Assembly: GCF_003945235.1 (NCBI RefSeq) | Contig: NZ_RSDW01000001.1 | Coordinates: forward strand, 1,110,001-1,142,000 | DNA length: 32,000 nt | Source: Edaphobacter aggregans | Lineage (GTDB): Bacteria > Acidobacteriota > Terriglobia > Terriglobales > Acidobacteriaceae | Direction of reading: 5' to 3' | Part shown: positions 7,845 to 15,470 of the stretch, one piece after another | How positions within the stretch are numbered: the first letter of the stretch is position 1 | Layout: each line of letters starts with the position of its first letter | Made by a program: the position numbers and the translations under genes | The notes under the pieces: generated by a model | Told to the model about the DNA's origin: nothing | The model's database searches: none | The model's input: the letters and a program-made list of their open reading frames with translations, nothing else

Positions 7845-8285
7845 ATGGCGTACACCGCACAACAACTTTTGGCGATGCCCGAAAAACAGCTCGACGATCT
7901 TTTCTCCGCGAGTCCGGCAGGCGATATTCCTAATGGCGAAGCGGACGGGACGGCGATTGTCGCTTCGGACACGCCGTTTTCTTCCGAGATCGCTGCGATA
8001 GTCAATATCTTTAACTGGCAGGGCAAGACCTTCGACGCAGCTCATGGAACGCTTACGAACCGCATCCTTGCCTTCGGAGTGAATGCGATTGTGGCCCAGG
8101 TTTACAAGGGCACGAGCTTGTTTGATGGGAAAGAATGCATTGTGCTGGATTACTCGAAGACCTCGATTCTGGCCAAACATATTCGCGACGAGATTCGCCT
8201 GATTGGACCTGGGCAGTATCTGGGACTTGTGTACTGGGACACGAAGAAAACAATTCACTTTGCGCTGCAGTTTCCTGTCGCATGA
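7845..8285 (+). CDS. Small soluble protein of unknown function, paralog B (146 aa)
   Basis: It starts at an ATG with a strong SD (GAGGAG, 8 nt upstream). A gapless alignment to the 5135-5566 product gives 89 identities over 143 positions (hand count). There is no signal peptide or TM segment. Confidence 0.85.
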   Translation: MAYTAQQLLAMPEKQLDDLFSASPAGDIPNGEADGTAIVASDTPFSSEIAAIVNIFNWQGKTFDAAHGTLTNRILAFGVNAIVAQVYKGTSLFDGKECIVLDYSKTSILAKHIRDEIRLIGPGQYLGLVYWDTKKTIHFALQFPVA

Positions 8286-8321
8286 GCCGACGAGGTAAGT
8301 GGTTTTCATCTTCATCTCTGA

Positions 8322-9563
8322 ATGGATGGAAGAGCCTTGACTTCAAACCCTGATCGTCCGATACCGAAGGCTAATACTGGCTCCGCGTTTCTGAACTTTT
8401 TCTCTGATGCATCGATGGCCTTTGTGCATCTGGAGCGGCGGTTCGATCCGATCTTTCGGCCGGCATTCGACGCGTTGCTTCGCGATCCGATCGCAGCGCT
8501 CGTAACCGCTGTGATAAACGCGAAGCGCCCGAATGATGGATTGAAGATCGCCGAAGAAAAGCTGATGCCGAACGAAGAGGCTTACCTCGATTCGATCATC
8601 AACAGCTTTATCGCGCAGATGCGAGGGTTGTGGAAGCCGGGGATGTTCGAACGCGGGGGGAACACGAAGACTCATGGTATCGTGCGTGCCGAGTTTATCG
8701 TTCACGATGGCCTTGCGCCGGAGTTGCGTCATGGCATCTATGCAGAGCCACGGACGTATCCGGCATGGGTGCGCTTCTCTGGCCCGGGCCCTTATATAAC
8801 GCCCGATATCGACGACGTCGGTTTTATGAGCATCAGCATCAAGCTGATGGGCGTACCTGGGCCGAAGCTGATGGAGGAGGAGAAGTTTACGCAGGATATG
8901 TTCGGAGTCTCGACACCGACCTTTGTGACGCCCGACACCGAGGCCAATGCGCAGTTGCAGATCAACAGCCTGAAGAACGCGACGATCTTCCATTTTCTGA
9001 ACTTGCATCATCCGCATGTGTTGGATCTGATTATGCAGGGGTTGTGGACCAAGACGCAGAGCAGTCCGTTTGAGGCTCCCTACTTTAGCTGCGTACCTTA
9101 TTTACTTGGAGAGGGGCAGGCGATGCAGTACTCTGTGTGGCCGAGATCGGCTCGGAAGACACCTATACCGCGCCTTCCGTTCCGGCCCCCTGACGACTAT
9201 CTGCGCAATGCGATGGTTGCGACTCTCGCAAATGAAGACGTCGAATTTGATATTCGCCTGCAACTGCAGACGGAACCGTTTTTGATGCCGATTGAGAACA
9301 ATGGTGTGCTGTGGCCGGAGAAACTCTCGCCGCGGCGATCGGCGGCCACGCTGCGAATTCCTCGGCAGACGTTCAACTCGCCGGCGCAGATGGATTTTGC
9401 GCGGAAGCTCTCTTACAATCCTTGGCACTGCATTGCAGAGCATCGTCCCCTGGGGAATCAGAGCCGCGCTCGACGCCGAATGTACGACACGCTTTCAAGG
9501 TTCAGACATGAGATGAACGGCGTTCCGCTTTATGAGCCAACGGGAGATGAGGTCTTCGACTAG
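8322..9563 (+). CDS. Catalase-related heme protein (small catalase-fold clade, y4iL-like / allene-oxide-synthase-like)
   Basis: The ORF is 413 aa. Catalase-fold markers are the distal-His context GGNTKTHGIVRAEFIV (His118 codon 8673-8675), AWVRFSG and the proximal-Tyr context SRARRRMYDTLSRFR (Tyr388 codon 9483-9485). It is too short and too divergent to be a canonical catalase. The start is uncertain (ATG 8322 or ATG 8415, neither with a clear SD). Confidence 0.75.
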   Translation: MDGRALTSNPDRPIPKANTGSAFLNFFSDASMAFVHLERRFDPIFRPAFDALLRDPIAALVTAVINAKRPNDGLKIAEEKLMPNEEAYLDSIINSFIAQMRGLWKPGMFERGGNTKTHGIVRAEFIVHDGLAPELRHGIYAEPRTYPAWVRFSGPGPYITPDIDDVGFMSISIKLMGVPGPKLMEEEKFTQDMFGVSTPTFVTPDTEANAQLQINSLKNATIFHFLNLHHPHVLDLIMQGLWTKTQSSPFEAPYFSCVPYLLGEGQAMQYSVWPRSARKTPIPRLPFRPPDDYLRNAMVATLANEDVEFDIRLQLQTEPFLMPIENNGVLWPEKLSPRRSAATLRIPRQTFNSPAQMDFARKLSYNPWHCIAEHRPLGNQSRARRRMYDTLSRFRHEMNGVPLYEPTGDEVFD

Positions 9564-9580
9564 GGAAAGGTTACGGTGCT

Positions 9581-10762
9581 ATGGACTCCGACTCGCGTAA
9601 ACCTGCGCTTCAACTCACCGAAGGAGGTCCCCTCTATCGTATTGAAAAACGATTGAAGTTTATTCGGGAGAGATCACCGCAGGTGCTTACGGTGGCCGGC
9701 TTGTCGATCCTTGTGACGTGGGTGCCGCTGTTCCTCCTGTCCGCGGCGCAAGGTTCGGCATACCACACAACAACCGTAATGGTCCCGTTTCTGCGTGATT
9801 TTGCGACATATACGCGGTTTCTTATCGCGATGCCCATCCTTATCCTGGCCGAGACATTCCTTGGACCACGGTTGGCCAAGGCTGCGGAGTTCTTTGTAAC
9901 GTCAGGACTTGTTCTGGAGAAGGACTACACGCGCTTCGATGCAGCGGTGGAGCGCGGGCTTCGACTGCGAGATTCCACAGTAGCGGAACTGCTTCTCGTT
10001 GCCGGAAGTTATGCGATCTCTTTGACTGCGCTACATAGCATGGCTGTTCATGCTGCGACGTGGTCCGCGAGTTATTCGGGGGCGGGCTTCCGTTTGACGT
10101 GGGCTGGATGGTGGCTCGTGGGATTCTGTGCGCCGTTCCTCAATTTTTTGTTACTGCGCTGGGTATGGCGGCTCTTTCTATGGGGCCAGTTTCTATGGAG
10201 CATGAACAAACTCGATCTGCAATTATTTCCACCACACCCGGACGAGTCGGGAGGATTGGGATTTATTGGGAGAGCGCAGCAGTTTTTTGGGATCATCCTG
10301 TTTGGCTATTCAGCAGCCACGGCTGGCGTTCTGGCCGATACAGTGATCTATGACAAGGTACCGTTGCAACACTTTGCAGGGCCGCTGGTGGCCTACGTTG
10401 TCATCGCGGTAGGAATCGTCATCGCTCCCCTTCTGGTGTTCGCTGTACGGATGCACGAGACAAAGATCCACGGCCTCTATCAATACAGTTCGTTGGCCAC
10501 CAGTTACACTTCGGCGTTTCATCACAGGTGGATCAACAAAGATCCGGAGGCAAGCGAACCTCTGCTTGGGACCTCCGACATCCAGTCGCTCGCCGATTTA
10601 GGTAACAGCTTCGGCTTTATCAAGGGCATGGATGATCTTCCTATGAATCCGCGCACTCCTATCCATCTTGCTCTTGCCTGTCTGATACCGATGGCGCCGT
10701 TGTTGCTGATCGTCATACCGTTGAAGGAGATGGTGAAGCTACTCTTCAAGGCCGTGCTTTAG
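9581..10762 (+). CDS. Polytopic membrane protein of unknown function (393 aa, about 7 hydrophobic segments)
   Basis: The ATG lies 17 nt after the upstream stop, with GGGAAAGG upstream. Hydrophobic stretches include VLTVAGLSILVTWVPLFLLSAA, YTRFLIAMPILILAETFL, VAELLLVAGSYAISLTAL, WAGWWLVGFCAPFLNFLLL, FFGIILFGYSAATAGVLA, LVAYVVIAVGIVIAPLLVFAV and IHLALACLIPMAPLLLIVIPL. I recognise no family. Confidence 0.75.
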   Translation: MDSDSRKPALQLTEGGPLYRIEKRLKFIRERSPQVLTVAGLSILVTWVPLFLLSAAQGSAYHTTTVMVPFLRDFATYTRFLIAMPILILAETFLGPRLAKAAEFFVTSGLVLEKDYTRFDAAVERGLRLRDSTVAELLLVAGSYAISLTALHSMAVHAATWSASYSGAGFRLTWAGWWLVGFCAPFLNFLLLRWVWRLFLWGQFLWSMNKLDLQLFPPHPDESGGLGFIGRAQQFFGIILFGYSAATAGVLADTVIYDKVPLQHFAGPLVAYVVIAVGIVIAPLLVFAVRMHETKIHGLYQYSSLATSYTSAFHHRWINKDPEASEPLLGTSDIQSLADLGNSFGFIKGMDDLPMNPRTPIHLALACLIPMAPLLLIVIPLKEMVKLLFKAVL

Positions 10763-11730
10763 GTCGGTAGGGTGGCTGAGTTCTGGAGAGCCTGCTTCAT
10801 GCCCGCCCAGCTTTGACGGGAGGATTCCTCCGGTGTTGAGGCGCCGTGCCAGTGGGTTTCGAGACTAACGGCATCGCGGTATCCAACCTTCGCCAAGTCG
10901 CGGAACTGCGCAGTCCAGTCGATGAAGCCTGTGCCTACGGGAGCCCATGCGATCTTGCCGTCACTACCCTTGACTGCGTTCTTGACGTGGCAGTGGCGAA
11001 TGCGATGTTTGGGAAGTAGCTGCCAAGCCGCGGGATAGGCATCGAGTTCGCCGCGCATAACGGCGTTGGCGGGATCCCAGTTGAGCGCAAGATGAGGCGA
11101 TGGAACGGCGGCGAGAGTTCTTACGGCTTCTCGTCCAGTGGCCGTGTTGCACTCGAACTCGTTTTCGAGAACCAGAAGGATTCCTTGTTTCCCACAGACG
11201 GTTGCGGCATCGAGCAGCTTCGCGTCGATTGCTGCGCGATAAGGCTTCTGATCTTCGACACGCCAGAAGTCGAAGCAGCGGACTTTGTCTGTCTTGAACT
11301 GTTTGGCGAGACTGATGCTGCGTGCGAGAACTTCGTCCTGCTGCTTGAAGGTCTCGACAGCCGTCATCGAGTGATCCGGCTTGGTGTGAGACGTTCGAGG
11401 GGCGTCGGGCCAGTCGACCTTGAAGAGCGGGCTGGCGATGTCGGTTACGGCCAGGTTGTATTTCGCAAGGATCTTTTGCGCGTCGGCGATTTCGGAGTCG
11501 CTAAGGTCCTGAAGGCTCTTGTTCCACATGGCGCGGAGCTCCACCCACTGCAGGCCGAACTCCTTCGATGCAACCGAACAGGCGTGATCAAAGTCCTGGG
11601 ATATTTCATCCGTGATCACTGCTACTTTGAAGCCCTGCTTCGCCACCATTGCAAGCATAGGGGATGCCACATACGCCGCTGCAGCTATCCCGGCACCGGC
11701 AAGAAAACCACGTCGCGAAAAACCTTCCAT
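10759..11730 (-). CDS. Tat-exported xylose-isomerase-like TIM-barrel protein (sugar phosphate isomerase/epimerase family)
   Basis: The ATG at 11730 has GGGAAGAGGAAA upstream. The N terminus carries a twin-arginine signal, MEGFSRRGFLAGAGIAAAAYVASP. The body has typical family features (LVLENEFECNTATG, HCHVKN, SLETHW). Its stop overlaps the convergent upstream gene by 4 nt. Confidence 0.85.
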   Translation of the reverse strand: MEGFSRRGFLAGAGIAAAAYVASPMLAMVAKQGFKVAVITDEISQDFDHACSVASKEFGLQWVELRAMWNKSLQDLSDSEIADAQKILAKYNLAVTDIASPLFKVDWPDAPRTSHTKPDHSMTAVETFKQQDEVLARSISLAKQFKTDKVRCFDFWRVEDQKPYRAAIDAKLLDAATVCGKQGILLVLENEFECNTATGREAVRTLAAVPSPHLALNWDPANAVMRGELDAYPAAWQLLPKHRIRHCHVKNAVKGSDGKIAWAPVGTGFIDWTAQFRDLAKVGYRDAVSLETHWHGASTPEESSRQSWAGMKQALQNSATLPT

Positions 11731-11786
11731 TACAATTTCCTCTTCCCTTTCAAAAACCTGACAACAGTTGACGTCCTACACTGACA

Positions 11787-11815
11787 GACCGGCTACCTAA
11801 CGAGAGTAGCCGGCC
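11787..11815 (-). terminator. Stem-loop after the TonB-dependent receptor gene (no U-tract)
   Basis: CCGGCTAC (11789-11796) pairs with GTAGCCGG (11806-11813) around a 9-nt loop, with a possible extra closing G-C pair. The hairpin lies about 20 nt downstream of the receptor stop on the minus strand. No T-run follows, so terminator function is uncertain. Confidence 0.35.
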
Positions 11816-11834
11816 CGATCAACTGCAGTTTACT

Positions 11835-14800
11835 TTAGAACAAAATCCTCGCCGACGCCTGCAAACTGCGTCCGCCACCGACTCCATTCACGCTGCCCTG
11901 TCCACTACCCAGAGTGCTCGTGACCTGTCCGAAGCTGGTCGCTGAACAGCAGTTGTTGCTCGTCGGATTCGCGAACTGCGGTGTATTGCTCAACTGGAAC
12001 GCATCGAACCGAACCTCCGCAGAGGCTTCCCGGACGATTGGGAAGCTTTTGAAGATGGAGAGGTTGTCCTGAATGTAACCGGGCCCTCGGAACTGATTTC
12101 TTCCTGTATTGCCCACACCGACGTTCTGCGGTGTGCAGGCACCCGACGTTGGGCACCCACTCGGAACGGAGAACGCAGTCGGATCAAACCAGTGATTTGC
12201 TGAGCCGACCCCGTGGGTTACATGGTAGGTACCCGTCAGGTTTCCTGTTTGGGTCGTTCCGGGAGTGTTGAGATTTGCCCCGTTTGTGGCAACAGTAAAC
12301 GGCTGACCGGAAAGCACGGAGATGATGCCCGCAAGCTTCCATCCACCGAGGGTCAGAGCTCCGATTCCCGAGTTCAGAAGGTTGTGGCCGCGCCCGAACG
12401 GAAGCTCATAGGTAAAGCTCTGTTCGAAGTTCAACGCTCGGTCGTAGTCGTTGGGAGCGTAGTTCCTCCGTTGATCGACAAAGAACGACAAACCACCATC
12501 ATCGCCGGCGGTGTATCCCAACCCCTTGCCCCACGTAAACGCCGACGTCAAAGCAAGGCCCCTGGTGAAGCGCTTGTTTAACTGGGCTTGCATCGACTGG
12601 TAGTTCGATGAGAATCCGTAAAAGATAACGTTGGTCGCAGCTGTGCGGCTATAGGGAGCCACATTTTCCGGATCCGATGCCGCGCCTCCGCCATACGTGC
12701 TCGGCAGATTCGAGTTCTGATTGGTTGGAATACGAACGCCGTGATTGGCGACATACGCTATCTGCATCGACATGCTATACGGCAGGGCTTGCTGCACTGC
12801 AACATTCCACGACACTGCATAAGGGTTTTTGAAATTTAGGGGAATCTGATAAAACGTCTGAGTTTTCAGCGCCTGAGTCACTGGGATGATTCCGTTAGAG
12901 GGAATTACGACGGGGATTGGAGCCGGGAAGCCAGCGCCGAAAGTCGCAGGCGTGACCCCATCCGGGCCAACTGCCGGAGTGAAAGCACTCGATCCGACTG
13001 GTCCGTAACTGTTGTTCGCTCTGACCGGGAAGTTATAGGCGTAGCTATTATCCGCATAGGGCATATAGCTCATGCCAAAGCCTGCGCGAACGACAGTGTT
13101 ATCCGTCACACGATAGGAAACCCCGGTGCGTGGAGCGAAATATCGGTATTGCGTCTGCATGCCCAGGTTGCTGGGGTTGCCGCCGACGCCGGCGATGACA
13201 AGGTTGTGATTGATCGGATCGTAGTTGGAGAAACCACCAGCCTTTCTCGGGGTCGCTGGAGGATAAAACTCCCAGCGCACGCCAAGATCGACAGTCAGCT
13301 TCGGAGTTGCCTGCCACTTGTCACTTGCGTATGCGAAGAACCACCACTGCCGGTATGCAGGGAAGTATGTATTCAAATCTCGGCCCACCGAACTCGGCAG
13401 GTCAAACAGGAAGCTGGCGACGTCGTTTGCAATGTTTGTGGTTCCGCGTTTATCCGAAGTCTGCACGTCGGAAAAGGTAAACGCGCCGCGTGGGCTGAAG
13501 GTTTGGAACTGCAAAAGGTCATCCCGAACTCGGCGAAGGTCAACTCCGGCCTTCACAGTGTGGTTATGGACAACCTTGGTCCAGTTGTTGACGAAATCGA
13601 TATTGGACTCGCCGCGAATCCATGGGACCGAAGCCGAATATCCGATCAGGGTCCCTGTGAATCCTCCGTTGATCGTCAGTCCCACCTGTCCGCTGGTGTA
13701 CTGGTCGATATTGACCCCCGGAACTCCGAGCGTCGTAGCATCATTCGAGCCGTAGTCGCTGGGCTCTGCATTGTTGCGCAGATGGGCGACACCAACACGC
13801 ACCTCGGTGAACAATGTTGGAGAAAAGACGTGAGTGTAATTTACGCCTGTGCTGTATGACGTTTGCGCGCCTGTTCCTTCGAAGCCACCACCTGCAGGTC
13901 CGCCAAGAAACGCGCCAAAAGCCGGCGCCTGGTACGTATTCACACGCTGGAAGCTGTAACGTCCACTAATGTTGTTCCTTTCATTCAGCGTGAAGTCGAT
14001 CTTTGTGTCGAAACTGTCCGTCGACTTTGTGAATGGGAGAACCGTCGTGTAGTTGTTGGCGGGATTCGACATCGGCAGAGTAGCGTTCAGCTTCCCGTAT
14101 TGCTGCGCCGCCGCGTTAAGCTTCTGCAGGATAGCCAGCGAGACTCCGTTGACACGGTTGGCCGGAATCATGTTGTTCGCGAAAGGTGTCCGCGGACCGG
14201 TTGCAGTGCCGTCACCAGTGGCCGGATCGAATACCTGCCCTGCCTTAAAACCATTCGCATTCACCGCCCCGAGCGTCGAACTGAGATCGATAAAGCCCTG
14301 TGCATTCGGTGTGTAATATCGCGGATCGGGAATCGTAAAGGTGCTGGCGACCGACTCATGGTCCGAGGAGTGCACATAATCGCCAAAGAAGAACAGCTTG
14401 TCCCGGAAGATCGGCCCGCCTATCGAACCGCCAAAGTTGTTGTACGAGAGATGCCCAAGCGGACCTCCGAAGTACGAACGCGCATTCACAGCATTGTTCT
14501 GGATATACTCAAATGCTGTTCCGTGAAACGCATTAGTGCCCGACTTCAGCGTCACGTTTGTCACGCCGCCCATCGCACGCCCAAGCTCCGCCTCAAAGTT
14601 GTTCGTTGAGATATCGACCGACTGGATTGCATCCGCTGGCGGAATGATGATCTGTAACAGCCCGGTGCGCTCGTCGTCGTCAACACCTTCGATCTGGTAA
14701 AGATTGCCCATGCGCGGCAGCCCATTCACCTCCGTCTGCAACGAACTCTGCGCGTTGAAGAACTGGGAATGCTGAAAGACCGCCGGCGCCGTTCCCGGCA

Positions 14801-15305
14801 CCAGGTTCAGCAAGGACTGGAAGTTGCGGTTCGTACCGAGGGGTAGCTCAGCGACCTCGCGCGCTTCTATCTTGGTGCTGATGTCGGCGCGGTCGGTCTG
14901 GAGCATGGGTGGCGCCGTCGTGACGAGAACGGTCTCGGTGACGCTGCCGGTAACCATATCGACATCGACACGAGTGGAGGAGTTGCTGAGCACGTCGATA
15001 TTCTGATGAGTCTCTTTCTTGAAGCCCATGGCTTCGACGATGACGGTATACGTACCGGGCTTTATATCTGGAAGGGTGTAGTTGCCGCTGTCATTGGTGA
15101 TGGTTTGATAGACGACGCTTGTCGCCGTCTCGGTCGCGGTAACCTTGGCCTTTGCGATGGTTGCCCCACTGGGGTCCGATACCGTACCAAGCAGAGTTGC
15201 GCTTACAGCCTGACCAAAAAGGAGAGAGGAAGAACTCAAAAGAAGAAGGATAACGACATAGCCGAAGAACTTGCGTGCGAACACAGACAACCTCCAAGTC
15301 GTCAT
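11835..15305 (-). CDS. TonB-dependent outer-membrane receptor with N-terminal carboxypeptidase-regulatory-like domain (1156 aa)
   Basis: The signal peptide is MTTWRLSVFARKFFGYVVILLLLSSSSLLFGQA. It is followed by LLGTVSDPSGATIAKAKVTATE..NDSGNYTLPDIKPGTYTVIVEAMGFK (CarboxypepD_reg-like), then a plug and a long beta-barrel. The C-terminal residue is aromatic (..ARILF). Confidence 0.9.
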   Translation of the reverse strand: MTTWRLSVFARKFFGYVVILLLLSSSSLLFGQAVSATLLGTVSDPSGATIAKAKVTATETATSVVYQTITNDSGNYTLPDIKPGTYTVIVEAMGFKKETHQNIDVLSNSSTRVDVDMVTGSVTETVLVTTAPPMLQTDRADISTKIEAREVAELPLGTNRNFQSLLNLVPGTAPAVFQHSQFFNAQSSLQTEVNGLPRMGNLYQIEGVDDDERTGLLQIIIPPADAIQSVDISTNNFEAELGRAMGGVTNVTLKSGTNAFHGTAFEYIQNNAVNARSYFGGPLGHLSYNNFGGSIGGPIFRDKLFFFGDYVHSSDHESVASTFTIPDPRYYTPNAQGFIDLSSTLGAVNANGFKAGQVFDPATGDGTATGPRTPFANNMIPANRVNGVSLAILQKLNAAAQQYGKLNATLPMSNPANNYTTVLPFTKSTDSFDTKIDFTLNERNNISGRYSFQRVNTYQAPAFGAFLGGPAGGGFEGTGAQTSYSTGVNYTHVFSPTLFTEVRVGVAHLRNNAEPSDYGSNDATTLGVPGVNIDQYTSGQVGLTINGGFTGTLIGYSASVPWIRGESNIDFVNNWTKVVHNHTVKAGVDLRRVRDDLLQFQTFSPRGAFTFSDVQTSDKRGTTNIANDVASFLFDLPSSVGRDLNTYFPAYRQWWFFAYASDKWQATPKLTVDLGVRWEFYPPATPRKAGGFSNYDPINHNLVIAGVGGNPSNLGMQTQYRYFAPRTGVSYRVTDNTVVRAGFGMSYMPYADNSYAYNFPVRANNSYGPVGSSAFTPAVGPDGVTPATFGAGFPAPIPVVIPSNGIIPVTQALKTQTFYQIPLNFKNPYAVSWNVAVQQALPYSMSMQIAYVANHGVRIPTNQNSNLPSTYGGGAASDPENVAPYSRTAATNVIFYGFSSNYQSMQAQLNKRFTRGLALTSAFTWGKGLGYTAGDDGGLSFFVDQRRNYAPNDYDRALNFEQSFTYELPFGRGHNLLNSGIGALTLGGWKLAGIISVLSGQPFTVATNGANLNTPGTTQTGNLTGTYHVTHGVGSANHWFDPTAFSVPSGCPTSGACTPQNVGVGNTGRNQFRGPGYIQDNLSIFKSFPIVREASAEVRFDAFQLSNTPQFANPTSNNCCSATSFGQVTSTLGSGQGSVNGVGGGRSLQASARILF

Positions 15306-15381
15306 GAAAAGACATGGCGCTAAAAAACTTATTGTTTGAAGAGCGAACGAACATTACAGATAACGTTCCCATTAGTCAACA

Positions 15382-15391
15382 GATTTAAATC
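15382..15391. promoter_or_regulatory. Perfect 10-bp palindrome GATTTAAATC in the divergent intergenic region
   Basis: It was read directly from the sequence. It lies in the AT-rich 165-bp spacer between the receptor gene (minus) and the second TIM-barrel gene (plus). Function is unknown. Confidence 0.2.
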
Positions 15392-15470
15392 GACTGCCAA
15401 TGAAACGAATGATTGCGGTTACCTCTGGGAAAACAATTGAAGTGGACGACCACATACGGAGGTCGGTAGT

